Notes under the pieces: model-generated
What the model saw: only the letters and a program-made list of their open reading frames with translations
Database searches by the model: none
What the model was told of the DNA's origin: nothing
Shown: in pieces, positions 25,801 through 39,198 of the stretch
How positions within the stretch are numbered: the stretch's first letter is position 1
Layout: each line of letters opens with the position of its first letter
Position numbers and translations under genes: made by a program
Assembly (NCBI GenBank): GCA_043228905.1
Contig: JBHGNT010000001.1
Span: forward strand, 20,460,001-20,524,000
Origin: Azolla caroliniana
Taxonomy: Eukaryota > Plantae > Polypodiophyta
Length of the DNA: 64,000 bases
Direction: 5' to 3'

Positions 25801-27959
25801 ACTCATCTACATCTTTGCCTAGAGCGTTGCCGAACTTCACGCTTAAGCATGAATCTTGCCAAATGCGTCTTCGGTGTCACCAGTGGAACCCTCCTCGGCC
25901 ACATAGTCAGTAAGGAGGGGATAATGGTAGATCCAAACAAAATCTCCGCAATTACTCACGCAATGATGCCGACAAATGCCAAAGCACTCAGCCGGTTTCT
26001 GGGACAAATACAATGGCACAGTCGGATGATATGCTATTTGGCAGATTTCGCCACACCATTACATGTCGTCGTCCACCGTACTCCTTTCCAATGGGCATCA
26101 ATGGAAGAAAAGGCGTATGATGTGATTAAAATAATGCTAACGCAGGCACTGGTCGTACAACCACCAGATTGGGCGAAACCATTTCACATTTTTGTGGATG
26201 CCTTGGATATAGTAATAGGTAGTGTGCTAATGCAGCTCACGGAGCCGAATTGGTACCGACCAATGTACTACACCAGCTGGAAACTATCAACGGCTGAGTG
26301 TAACTATTCCACAACGGAACGTGAAGCGTTGGGTATGATATACAACATCAATAAATTCCAGCATTATTTGTTAGGGCGAAAATTCACGTTTCACATGGAT
26401 CATACAACATTGCTATACATGGTGGAGAAACAGGCACTGATAGAAAAATTGGCTAGATGGATGTTGTTGCTCCAAGAATTCGACTTTGTAATTCAGCACC
26501 GACAGGGTGCGCAACACGCGGTGGCAGATTTCTTGAGCAGATTAGATAACGGAGAAATGGCGCAAAAGGATGACGACGACTTTCCAGATGCAGACATTCT
26601 GCGATAGCAACTTTAGCAACAAGAACAAAAAAGACTTTTCCGGATCAGTGGTGGATGGAAATGACCTACTTTCTTACCACGGGGTTACCTCCACCACAAT
26701 TAAGGACGGGCGAGAAAAAACGGCCGGCCGTCTGGAGTCGTAATTTCTGTTTAGTTGAAGACGTCCTATATCACAAAGGTAGTGACGACATTTGGAGGCG
26801 TGGAATACGACAAGATGAAAAGGTAGCGATTTTACGCGAAGTTCATTGTGGTACAGCTGGAGGACATTACGCGGGCGATGTTACGGCTCGGAAAATCTGG
26901 CAAGCAGGACTTTGGTGGCCGACTACGCAAAAGGATGCGTATGAATATTGCAAACAATGTGATTTATGTCAATGGATGGGCCAGCCCACGGAAGTCGCGA
27001 GAATGCCACATCAACCGGTGTTGCCGTTGGATCCTTTCCAAAAGTGGGGGCTCGATTTTGTGGGGTCCTTTACACAAGCGGTTGCCTGAACCAGCAATAA
27101 GTATATCCTGGTGGCTACGGATTATTGCACCAAGTGGGTAGAAGCCAAAGCACTACAAGAAAATACCGTAGCAGTCACGGTGAAATTTCTTTACGAACAT
27201 ATCTGGTGTTGTTTTGGCTGCCCTATTGAGCTCATCAGTGACCAAGGGAGTCACTTTCTGAATACGGTCATCAGCGAACTGACCCAACACTACGCCATGG
27301 TCCACAAAAAGAGTACAACATATTACCCACAGGCAAATGGCTTGGCCGAATCCATGAACAAAACATTACAAACTATCCTCAGAAAGATAGTCAATGAGAA
27401 TAGAACAGATTGGGATACCAAATTGCACAACGTGTTATGGGCATACCGAACAAGCTATAAGACCAGCATACAATCGACACCTTTTAGGCTAGCATTTCGG
27501 CTGGAGGCCGTAATGCCAGCCGAATTTCAGGTACCCAGTCTGCGGATTCAAGTACGAGACCGGTTGCCAGAGGACAAATCCGAACAAATACGGCTACAAA
27601 AACTACTAAAACTAGGCAAAACACGGGTATGCAGTATGGCCATATTGGAACAAGAACAACGGCGGCGCAAAGCATTCGTGGACCGACATCGGCATGCGCG
27701 TGAAAAGGATTTTACGGTCGGGAAAGCGGTATTAGTTTTTCAAACACGCATGGGGCAAATGCTAGGAAAATGAAGATTCCGCTAGACAGGGCCGTACTGA
27801 ATAGTTGGAGCAGAAAACGACATGTTTCAACTTGGCACCTTGGCAGGAGAAGTGCTACGACAAAAGGTGAATGGGTTTCGCTTAAAACCCTACCTAGGGC
27901 CTACACCACCTAACCTGTTCCCCGTTGGACAAGACAAAGTCAGAGAATCCGCAGAGTAA
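22896..27959 (+). pseudogene. Gypsy C gag-pol (gag, PR, RT, RNase H, INT with GPY/F), disrupted
   Basis: SYPRFNGETDA gag; IDRGSGINV PR; WLSPIVVVPKKNGKIRVCVDY, LDGFSGYNQ, FLDDF RT; FHIFVDA RH; KWGLDFVG, SDQGSHF, QANGLAE INT; KVNGFRLKPY. Confidence 0.92.
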
Positions 27960-28282
27960 TTATAGAGACCGACTTCTACTATACAGTAACCATTCGGTTA
28001 AGTGTGTGTCCAATTAAGTGTGACATTCTATTAAGTGCGCTTTTTTTATAGATGTCAAAATCCTGTTCAAAAAAATTACATTGTTTTATGACAAAATACA
28101 TTGAACCAAATGGAAACTATGTTTCAAAAATTCAAAAAACAACAAAATCATCAATAAAAATCAGATTTCTAAGTTCTTTCACAATTTCATACCAACATCA
28201 TGTTTGGTCATTTGCCTACTTTTAGCGGGAACTTACAAAAAATGGCAAAAATTGAACAAAAATAGGATTTCTATGTCTTTCG

Positions 28283-29225
28283 CTATTTCATACCAAAATC
28301 ACGTAAGGTCATTTGCCTACTTTTAGCGATACGCTTAGAAACAATGGCAGAATTTGCTTCTTGAATAATTCTACGAGCACTCAATAAATCTGATTTTGCT
28401 TGCTTTGCTTTCTCGGAACTCAAATAAGTTGTTGTCATTATCGAGTTGAGCATGAGTTCAGTATCAACAATATTTTGCAATACTTCAGGAATAATCACAT
28501 CTTCTTGCTTTAAGCATCCATGCATATCTTGCGTCTCAACAAACTCAGAATCTGAATCATTTTCATCATATGCAAGTGGTTCATTGGTGTTGGATGCTTG
28601 CGCTATAACTTCATCAATCTCTTCAAGGAGATTTTGATTTAGTTTTTCTGATTCATTTGCATTTGCATTGACACATTCCATGATTTCCTCTCGAATTTCT
28701 TCTAGATTATGTGCATTCTCAAGCAAACTGCAGTTACATAACAAAGCAACAAGATCATCAAGGCATTGATCTTCCATTTCAACAACTTCAACATCATTAA
28801 TGTGGAATGATGGAATAATATCTGCCTTTCTGTAGCAATTAAAAAGTGTTTCCTGCTTGATCTCATTCCAAGCAATAACAATGAGATTAGCAGCACCTAG
28901 CAAATGTGCCGACTTTCCAAAAATTAAACCAATAGAACCTCTTCTCATTCGTTTAGCAACATCCTTCAAACGAATCTTAACATTTTCTGGACTATCATGA
29001 TCTGTCAAAATTTCTCTTATCAAATGATATTTGTACCTCTTTCTCAACGCTGCAATAACTCCCATATCCATTGGTTGCTTCCATGATGTGACATTGGCTG
29101 GGGAAAAAATCACTTTGATAGCATCACGCTCAAATGTTTCGGCATGACCAGGAGCATTATCAAGGATTAGAAGCACTTTGCGATTAGTACGAGAACAAAC
29201 AAAAGGTACAAACACATGATCAAAC
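28283..29225 (-). pseudogene. pogo transposase, C-terminal part (DDE_1 domain)
   Basis: LLILDNAPGH and QPMDMGVI motifs; rejoins 34136 in frame (NKWF|DHVFVPFV) after removing the Copia and one TSD. Confidence 0.9.
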
Positions 29226-32200
29226 TATTAGGAAAGAGGTCCCTCCGGATGGGATGACCCGACGAGAACCGGATGACGAGTACCCGGCAAGAGCTGGATG
29301 ATGAAGACCCGGTGAGAACCGGATGACGAGTACCCGGCTAGAGCTGGATGAGGAAGACCCGGTGAGAACCGGATGACGAGTACCCAACTATGGAAGACCT
29401 GGTGAGAACCGGATGAGGAGTACCCGGCAAGCGCCGGATGATGCAGGCCGGGTGAGGAGTGCTCACCGAATGGAGGGACATATTCATAAATATGTTTTTT
29501 GAGAGTCCATCGGGGCTATATTTCTAAATAGCCAAAAAGTAATATTAGTATAAATATGATTTAGGGCAAACTTAGAGAGTAGTAGTTGTCATTCTTGTTG
29601 GTGCTAGATCAGAGAGCGCGTAACAGTGTACAGAGAGAGAGAGAGAGAAAGAGGTTGTTGCCTCTGTTGTAACCGCCGCCTGTGGCGAAGATCGTGAGCA
29701 CAAGGTCGTTGCCTCCGTGAGCTCAATGTTGTAATCATTGTGATATAGTGATAGTTTGGAGTTTGTGAACTCCCGTGGTTTTTCCCTCTCAGGGTTTTCC
29801 ATGTTAAACATCCTGTGTACCCTTCTCTCCTTTGTGTCATGCGTTCATTATCCGTTTTCTATGTTTGATTTTAGACTCGGTTGTGGCCGAGCGTTGTTCA
29901 TCGGAGCGTGTAGTTCCTGTCAAAGTGGTATCAGAGCGAAGCGACACAGAAGATGGACGAATCATTGGGCGGCATGTTCAAGCTCACCGGCTCCAACTAT
30001 TCAGTGTGGAAGTCGAAGATGAGGGACATGCTCGTGGTTAAAGATCTTTGGTTGCCGGTTCGGTTCGGGGACAAGAGACCGGACAAAATCGACGCCACGA
30101 TATGGGAGATGATGCACATGAAGACAACGACGTACATACGGTGCTTCATCGACATGAGCCTATACAACAACTTCAATGAAGAGAGCAAGGTTGATGAGCT
30201 CTGGGAGAAGGTCGACATTATGTTTCAGAACAAAAATGTTGTTAACCAGGTTTCGGTATTCCGGAAGCTAGTAAGACTCTGGTACCAAGATGGCTCCAGC
30301 ATGGCGGAGCACATGAATGCCTTGCAGGGGCTGATACACCAGGAAACATCATTGGAAGTACCTCTCGCCGACGAGGTACTAGCGCTACTCCTGCTCGGTT
30401 CCCTCCCGGATAGCCGGGACACGTTGGTTGTCACTTTGGGCAACGCCGCGCCGGAAGGGAAATGGTTATCCCTAGCAAGAGTAAAGTCGAGCTTGCTAGA
30501 TGAGGAGGCGCGTCGGAAAGATAAGGATACGAGCTCCGACTCCAAAGCGCTCCTTACTGAATCAGAACGGGGAAGACAAAGGAACCGTAGTCCCCAAAAC
30601 CGGGAGAAGTCAGGGACACGGTCAAAGTCAAGGGGGAGGCCTACTGGCTTCTATTGCGGCAAGCCGGGACACTTCCAGAAGAACTGTCGGCATTTCCGAA
30701 AAGACAAGGAAACCGACGGTACCGATTCGAAGCAGACATCGGACTGAAACGGTAAATACCGGAGGGGGCCGGACCCGACCATGCATATTCCTCGGTTACG
30801 ACGACGATGAGTTCGGCTATCGAGTGTGGGACCTAGTCGACAAGAAGGTATTCCGGAGTCGAGATATTATCTTCATGGAGGACAAGACGCTCGCCAACTG
30901 GGAGTCGGAGAAGAAGATAATGAACTGCGAGTCGACCGATAAGGATTGATTCCACGATGAGCAGACCCAACCAGCAAGAGACCGGTTAGCACTTGAGGAA
31001 CCAGCCGGTTACGGTGAGGATACCGAACTGGCAGAAGAAGAGATAGAGGAAGCTAAAACTAGAACCGGCGAAGACCCCGAATCGGATTTGGATGAAGAGC
31101 AAATGAAAGAGCAGGTTACCGAAGCCCAAAGACGGAGATATCCTCTCAGAGAGAGAAGGCCCCCCCGGAGATTTCCGGATGCAGAGCATGTGCTGCTAAC
31201 CGATGAGGGGGAGCCAGAAAGCTTCGAAGAAGTGAAGGATGACACCCACAACCGAAAATGGTTAAGTGCCATGCAGGATGAGATGGATTCCCTACATGAG
31301 AACCATACGTACGAATTGGTGGAGTTGCCGAAAGGAAACTGGGCACTCTGAAACAAGTGGATGTACAAGTTGAAACCGGGAGATGCCGGCAACCCCCCGA
31401 GATAGAAAGCCAGGATCGTGGTGAAGGGGTTCTAGCAGAAGAAGGGCGTGGACTTCGACGAGATATTTGCCCCGGTAGTAAAGATGACCTCCATCCGGAT
31501 GGTGCTGAGTATAGCGGCAAGCATGGACCTCGAGGTAGAGCAGCTGGATGTGAAGACGACATTCCTTCAAGGTGACCTCGAAGAGGAGATCTACATGCAG
31601 CAACCGGACGGATTCGTGGAGAAAGGGGAGGAGCAACTGGTTTGCCGGTTGAAGAAGAGCCTGTACGGACTGAAGAAGGCTCCCCGACAATGGTACCGGA
31701 AGTTCGACTCCTTCATGACCGATCAAGGGTACCAAAAGACGTAGGCCGATCACCACGTGTTTGTGAAGAAGTTTGAAGGAGGCGACTTCCTGATACTCCT
31801 TCTGTACGTGAACGACATGTTGATCGTCGGACGGGACCAAACCAAAATATGGATGCTGAAGAAGGCTCTCAACCGTACCTTCTCAATGAAAGACTTGGGT
31901 CCGACAAGATAGATGCTGGGGATGCATATTATCCGGGACCGGTCAATGAAGCAATTGTGGTTGTCACAGGAGAAGTACGTGACAACGGTGCTTCAGCGGT
32001 TCAACATGTTAGATGCGAAACCGGTCGGATCGATACTTCCAGCAAACTGCAGGTTATCCGGTAAGCAAAGCCAGAAGACGAAAGCAGAGAAGGCGGATAT
32101 GATGAAGGTTCCATATGCATGTGCTGTCGGGAGCTTAATGTACGCAATGGTGTGTACTCGACCAGATATTGGATACGCAGTCGGAGTGGTGAGCCGGTTC

Positions 32201-33824
32201 ATGAGCAATCCTGGCAAGGAGCACTAGAACGCGGTCAAATGGATACTCCGGTACTTGAAGGGCACTTCGAATATGTGTCTCCGATTTGGCTCCGGAAAAC
32301 CTCAACTTGACGGTTTTACAGATTCGAACATGTCGGCTAATGTGGATACCAGCCGGTCTACATCCAGGTATGTTATGACATATGCAGGGGGAGCTGTTTC
32401 GTGGCAGTCGAGGTTTGCAGAAGACGGTTGCGTTGTCAACCACGGAGGCGGAGTACATGGCGGCTGTGGAAGCCGGCAAGGAAATATTATGGATGAAGGA
32501 CTTCATCGGAGAGCTCGGTATCCGGCAAGATGAATACTGGCTCTATTGCGACAGTCAAAGTTCCATCCACCTTGCTAAGAATGCGGCCTACCTTTCCCGG
32601 ACGAAGCATATCCAGTGTAGGTATCACTGGATCCGGGAAAGAGTAGATGACCAGGAGTTCGCGTTGACGACATATCCACACGGCTGAGAACGGGTCAGAT
32701 ATGCTGACCAAAGTACTGATACCCGACAAGCTGGAAGCATGCCGGAAGCCGGTCGGACTAGTAAGACATCCCATGCCGGAGTGAAGGGGGAGTTTGTTAG
32801 GAAACAGGTCCCTCCGTATGGGATGACCCGGTGAGAACCGGATGACGAGTACTCGGCTACGGAAGACCAGGTGAGAACCAGTTGACGAGTACCTGGCAAG
32901 AGCTGGATGATGAAGACCCGGTAAGAACTGGATGACGAGTACCTGACAAGAGTTGGATGAGGAAGACCCGGTGAGAACCGGATGACGAGTATCCGGCTAT
33001 GGAAGACCCGGTGAGAACCGGATGACGAGTACCTGGCAAGCGCCGGATGATGCAGGCCCGGTGAGGAGTGCTCACCGGATGGAGGGACATACTCGTAAAT
33101 ATTTTTTCTGAGAGTCCATCGGGGCTATATTTGTAAGTAGGCGAAAAGTCATATTAGTATAAATATGAGTTAGGGCAAACTTAGAGAGTAGTAGTTGTCA
33201 TTCTTGTTGGTGCTAGATTAGAGAGCGCATAATAGTGTACAGAGAGAGAGAGAGAGAGGAAGAGGTTGTTGCCTCTGTTGTAACCGCCGCCTGTGGCGAA
33301 GATCGTGAGCACGAGGTCGTTGCCTCCGTGAGCTCACTGTTGTAATCATTGTGATATCGTGATAGTTTGGAGTTTGTGAACTCCCGTGGTTTTTCCCTCT
33401 CAGGGTTTTCCATGTTAAACATCCTGTGTACCCTTCTCTCCTTTGTGTCGTGCGTTCATTATCCGTTTTCTGTGTTTGATTTTAGACTCGGTTGTGGCCG
33501 AGCGTTGTTCATCGGAGCGTGTAGTTCCTGTCAAAGTGGTATCAGAGCGAAGCGACACAGAAGATGGACGAATCATTGGGCGGCATGTTCAAGCTCACCG
33601 GCTCCAACTATTCAGTGTGGAAGTCGAAGATGAGGGACATGCTCGTGGTTAAAGATCTTTGGTTGCCGGTTCGGTTCGGGGACAAGAGACCAGACAAAAT
33701 CGACGCCACGATATGGGAGGTGATGCACATAAAGACAACGACGTACATACGGTGCTTCATCGACATGAGCCTATACAACAACTTCAATGAAGAGAGCAAG
33801 ATCAGAGAGCGCGTAACAGTGTAC

Positions 33825-33866
<42 letters not shown>

Positions 33867-34135
33867 GTCGTTGCCTCTGTTGTAACCGCCGCCTGTGGCG
33901 AAGATCGTGAGCACGAGGTCGTTGCCTCCATGAGCTCAATGTTGTAATCATTGTGATATAGTGATAGTTTGGAGTTTGTGAACTCCCATGGTTTTTCCCT
34001 CTCAGGGTTTTCCACGTTAAACATCTTGTGTACCCTTCTCTCCTTTGTGTCGTGCGTTCATTATCCGTTTTCTGTGTTTGATTTTAGACTCTGTTGTGGC
34101 CGAGCGTTGTTCATCGGAGCATGTAGTTCCTGTCA
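29226..34135 (+). mobile_element. Copia A tandem (three-LTR) element with internal deletions
   Basis: TSD CAAAC at 29221-29225 and 34136-34140; LTRs 29226-29922, 32795-33533, partial ~33800-34135; PBS at 29926 and 33537. Confidence 0.92.
29953..32784 (+). pseudogene. Copia A gag-RT-RNase H with PR/INT deleted
   Basis: Gag ORF 29953-30747; junction ~30770 to INT C-terminus; RT/RH with stops. Confidence 0.9.
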
Positions 34136-34922
34136 CAAACCACTTATTAAAAGTAGGGATATCAATCCAAGCATTTTTTTGTGCTAAATAGGGTAATGGC
34201 CAAGAATTTCCAACAATACAAGCTGGTTCCTTAGCCTTTCCAGTCATTGTAATGGGAACTTTTTCAGTTCCAGTCGCATTACAACAAACAACCAAGGTAA
34301 CTCTATCTAGCAATTTTTTCTTACCTCGAATTCTTGTAGGATCTTACTAGGCAAAAGCATTGGATATCTTGGAACTAATCGAAAAAATAAGCCAGTTTCA
34401 TTCATATTGTAAACACAACTAGCATCATACTTGTTGATTATAGCATAGAGCCTTTCCAAAGAAGCCAACAATTCTGGGTCATTTCGATTAACTGCCCCTC
34501 CTTCGCCATACAAACTAATAGTATTCAAACATTGACGATGAAGAAATTTCCTAAACCAACCCCAAGTTGCTTTGAAATCATCATCACAAATATTCATTTG
34601 TGTAGCCAATCGCTGGAGGCAATGCAATTGACAATCGATGAGATGCATCAATCCAAGCATACAAGCGTTCCTCTAATTCTGGATATTTCCGTTTGGATCC
34701 CCTAAAAGTTGTTTTCCTTGTATTATGATCTTTTAATTGGACACGCATTCGTATCTCATCCTTCTTCTTGATCAAACTTCTAATCGCCGATTCACTTACA
34801 CCAAAATTTCTACCTATGTTGCGAAGAGAAGGAGCTGATGGTTGTTCCACTATCTCCAAAATTTGTAGCCTTTGTTCATCATTCAAATGAGGTCCAACAC
34901 CTCGCTTATGGGTTGAATTCAT
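34136..34922 (-). pseudogene. pogo transposase, N-terminal part (CENP-B-type HTH domains), frameshifted
   Basis: SLRNIGRNFGVSESAIRSLIK, YPELEERLYAWI, FKATWGWFRKFLHR, YNMNETGLF (first catalytic D appears as N), RVTLVVCCNATG. Confidence 0.9.
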
Positions 34923-34969
34923 ATCTATAATAAGGCTAATGAGCTAATTTCACATTGACTTATATGTAT

Positions 34970-36235
34970 TATTTTCTAATTCCCTAAACCGTCAATCTAA
35001 TTTATGAACCCAATCAACAAATGTACTCAAATTCAACAGTAAAAACAACACAAATACATTCACATACTCATCCACAATCAAATTATTTTCTAATTCCCTA
35101 AACCCGCAATCTAATTTACGAACCTAATCAACAAGTGTACTTGAATTCAGTAGTAAAAACAACACAAATACATTCACATACTCATCCACAATCAAATTAT
35201 TTTCTAATTCCCTAAACCCGCAATCTAATTTACGAACCTAATCAACAAGTGTACTTGAATTCAGTAGTAAAAACAACACAAATACATTCACATACTCATC
35301 CACAATCAAATTATTTTCTAATTCCCTAAACCCGCAATCTAATTTATGAACCAAATCAACAAATGTACTCGAATTTAATAGTAAATTCAGCAAAATACAT
35401 TCACATACGCATCCACAATCAACTTTTTTTCTAATTCCCTGAATTCGCAATCTAATTTATGAACCTAATCAACAAATTTACTCGAATTCAGTAGTAAAAA
35501 CAACAAAATACATTCACATACTCATCCACTATCAATTTTTTTTTCTAATTTCCTAAACCCACAATCTAATTTATGAACCTAATCAACAAATTTACTCGAA
35601 TTCAGTAGTAAAAACAACAAAATACATTCACATACTTATCCACTATCAATTTTTTTTCTAATTACCTAAACCCACAATTTAATTTATGAACCTAATCAAC
35701 AAATTTACTCGAATTCAGTAGTAAAAACAACAAAATACATTCACATACTCATCCACTATCAATTTTTTTCTAATTACCTAAACCCACAATCTAATTTATG
35801 AACCTAATCAACAAATTTACTCGATTTCAACAATAAAAACAGCAAAATACATTCACATACTCATCCATTATCAATTTTTTTTCTAATTCCCTAACCCCAC
35901 AATTTAATTTATGAACCTAATCAACAAATTTACTCGAATTCAGTAGTAAAAACAACAAAATACATTCACATACTCATCCACTATCAATTTTTTTCTAATT
36001 ACCTAAACCCACAATCTAATTTATGAACCTAATCAACAAATTTACTCGATTTCAACAATAAAAACAGCAAAATACATTCACATACTCATCCATTATCAAT
36101 TTTTTTTCTAATTCCCTAACCCCACAATCTAATTTATGAACCCAATCAACAAATTTACTCGAATTCAGTAGTAAAAAGAGCACAAATACATCCACATACT
36201 CATCCACAATGAATTTTTTTTTTAATTCCCTAAAC
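34970..36235. repeat. ~11 copies of a ~114-bp AT-rich tandem repeat inside the pogo element
   Basis: TAATTCCCTAAACC recurs at 34977, 35091, 35205, 35319 and onward. Confidence 0.95.
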
Positions 36236-36657
36236 ATTTGGCCTTAAAAAACCTGAAAATGCGCAGAAACTCTACATACTTGAAGAAGACTGTAGGTGCA
36301 CAATAGTGTCTTGAGCAACAACGTGGTGAAGCAGCAACCTTGTGACCAGCTACGTGGGATTGATTAAGGTGCAAAGAGAGTCTGATCGGTGGTTGTTGGG
36401 GCTATGCTTACTCAAATGTGCCGAGAAAAGAAAAATTGGGGGGAAAAATTTTGTGTGTAAAAAGCCCTAAGTGTGCGGCTCGGTTAAGTACGCACTTTTT
36501 CCTTCAGATCAAAGCGCGCACTTAACCGAATGTTTACTGTAGTGCAAAAAATAATATTGTACTTAACCATTCATAACGCTCTTACTCTGATCACAAAGCT
36601 CGAGCCCTTCAGAATCCACAAACATCGGCCAACCCCCACGAACCCTCTTCATTTCCA

Positions 36658-39194
36658 ATGACAATTGTTATCTCTACAGCCCTCCGCCGATGGCTCCTAG
36701 AAAAGGGATTTGAGGGCTATATCAAGGTCGCCGAATCGCCACCGCACTCTGAGGCATTGTACATAGCCAAGAAATTGAACATGGACATGGTCACGAACGC
36801 CATTGTGCGGAAGAAACTCGTCTTGTCGGCGATTGGGGAAAATACTTCGGTGAGTATTCAACGATGGAAAAGGCGTACAGGACGAAGGACATTCCAAATG
36901 CATTTTTCCGGGAAGTTGCCAAGTTCCTCATGGAGGTTGGTTGTGTGCATGTCAATGCTTACGGAATGCCTAAGCAAAAGGCAGGGGTCATTATCGAGAC
37001 ATTCGAGGGAAAGGCTGTGGATTGGGGTGTCATTACAGGGCCAACACTTAGGGAAGGGCTATACGCATATCAGTCCAGCACGCGGACTTCCTGCCCCCAC
37101 ACCACGCCAACCAATGCCTCCTCCACATTCCGCGAAACAACGGCTGGCAGAACTGGCTGCCACGGAATGCGAAGATGAACCCCAATCTTCCCAGCTTAGC
37201 ATGCGGACAACACAAGGAGAACGGCCGGAGAGCAGGGAGGAAGCTCGACAAGAGCAGGAAGCCGAGCAACGCCAGGAAAGCTCGAGGCCGAAATGGCGGA
37301 TTAGTCAAAGACACAATCGCGGACAAAGACACGACTACCTTGGTTGATCCCAACACCAGTTTCGAAATAATCTGGGAACCACAGCTGATCATTACGGCCC
37401 AGTCACAGTGGGGGAAAGGAGTGTTTACGGCGGAACGTGAGGTCCTAAAGTATCCGGATATTCCGAACATAGCCCATGAGTTCGGCGCACTTTTACAATT
37501 CGGAACTACTTATGAACTCATGGAATTTTTGGCGACGCAACAAATAAAGGTCTCACAACGGATGGCCAAGGAGCACGCGGAACAACAAAGGATTGAGCGC
37601 TTGCTAACAAGCACTGCGGAAAGCGAGGATGAGGGGTCGTTGGCCAAAGTAGGCTGATAGCGGAATGTCAGTCTACGCCGAATGGAATTGAACTACCCCC
37701 ATTAAACGTGGCCCTCGTCAAGGCTCATAGGGAACTAGCTAAGGTCAGCATCGGAGCCAAAGATATGGCGATTAAAAACAAAAATGTCTGGAAGACGGTT
37801 AAACAGACCCAAGCTAAGCTACAGAAGGCCAATGAACGCATCATGGAGTTGGAACGGACCGCAACTACGGGGCAACTGGAATCTCGACCAACAGACAACA
37901 CCGGCGAGGCCCACTCCCTAAGAGAAGAGGTTGAAGCTCACATCGCCATCACCTCAAAAGCAAAGAGGGTCATGCAGCTAGCGGAATCCGAGATTGACCA
38001 CCTCCGCTCCGAACTCCGCCAATCCTCCGATAGAGAAAAGGACATCGGGCCAAAGGCTGAAAGGCAATGAAGGCCCTCGAAGAGAAACTCGAAGCGGAAG
38101 CAACGTCGCACACCCGTACGAAAGAAGAAAACACCAAGCTATGGGAGGAAGCCCAAAAGTCGGAAACGGCGATCACAGGACTCCGGGCGTTATTGGAAAA
38201 GAAGAAAGCGTGGTAGGATGACCACCTCGTACAAGAACAAGAGGTGAGGCATCATGTCGAAATTCACCTGAACAACGAAATGGGCCGGTTGGAGGAATTA
38301 AACTTGAAGGAATCTCAGATATGGGCAAGACTGAAAAGCAATTATGAGGAAGCAACTGCGGTCAGTAAGTAGGAAATCGAAAACCTGATGAAAACCTTGA
38401 AAGAAGCGCAAAACTGTGGCCAAGTAATAACCAACAACGTGCGCATACTTCTTCAAACAAATCGGGAGAGGTTTACAGCGCTAGACAAAGGTTGGAGGGC
38501 GTGGGCAACACAAGCAACGGAGTTGCATACCTACCAGGCAGACTGGGAGAACTGTAGAAAAGATGGCCGAGGTTTCTACAAACTCAATGAGGAAGGCATT
38601 GTGGTAGTACGCGAGGACCTAGCGCAGGATTCTCGCACACTAGCGGACCAGCACTCCGAGGAACTCGCACAATTACTAGATGATTTTGGCAAAAGTCAGG
38701 AGGATATGTTTCACCGAATCATGCAAGCAGGCAGCACGCGGCCAAGCGCGGAGTCCATCGCGATACCAGAAAATGATAGGCCCAAACAGGAGGAACCTCA
38801 TCCCAGTTCACCGAAGATGACAACGACGGCAGGCAGCACACGGCCAAGAACGGAGCCCATCGTGATACCGGAAAGTGATACCGCCGAGGAAGAGAAACCT
38901 CAACCCAATTCACTGGAGAGGACAACTAAGAGCGGCAACACGAAGGAAGTTATAGACAAGACATAGCCTCAACCCACCGAGAGCCCGCAGATGGAAGAAC
39001 CAGCCACAACAGAACAGAATGAGCCAGTAGAGCCTGTTCCACCCACACAAGGAGACGTTGACACCATGGAAAACCCCACTGAGCAAGTACAAGACATGCA
39101 ACCGCGCAATGACGCGCCTACGGGCACTACGTCGTCCCTAGACCGGTACATCGGCGTAGAACCAAACATCCGGGATATTTTGGAGGAAGAGTAA
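36658..39194 (+). pseudogene. Extra sense ORF region downstream of Gypsy C pol (env-position ORF, coiled-coil rich), frameshifted
   Basis: Overlapping ORFs 36658-37347, 36864-37178, 37175-37657, 37708-38070, 38388-38966, 38991-39194 lie between INT and the 3' LTR. Confidence 0.6.
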
Positions 39195-39198
39195 AGGG

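Larger units (their letters stand above)
27984..36539 (-). mobile_element. pogo/Tigger-type (IS630-Tc1-mariner) DNA transposon
   Basis: TIRs CAGTAACCATTCGGTTAAGTG (27984-28004) and rc CAGTAAACATTCGGTTAAGTG (36519-36539); TA TSD on both sides; subterminal TTAAGTG repeats. Confidence 0.95.

Noticed and set aside
28283-29215. 310-aa ORF as a domesticated CENP-B-like host gene
   Set aside because: It lies within intact TIRs and a TA TSD, is split by a Copia insertion, and its 5' half is frameshifted
33608-34024. ORFs spanning the gag/LTR junction (127 and 138 aa)
   Set aside because: Chance read-through of a deletion junction and a (GA)n microsatellite
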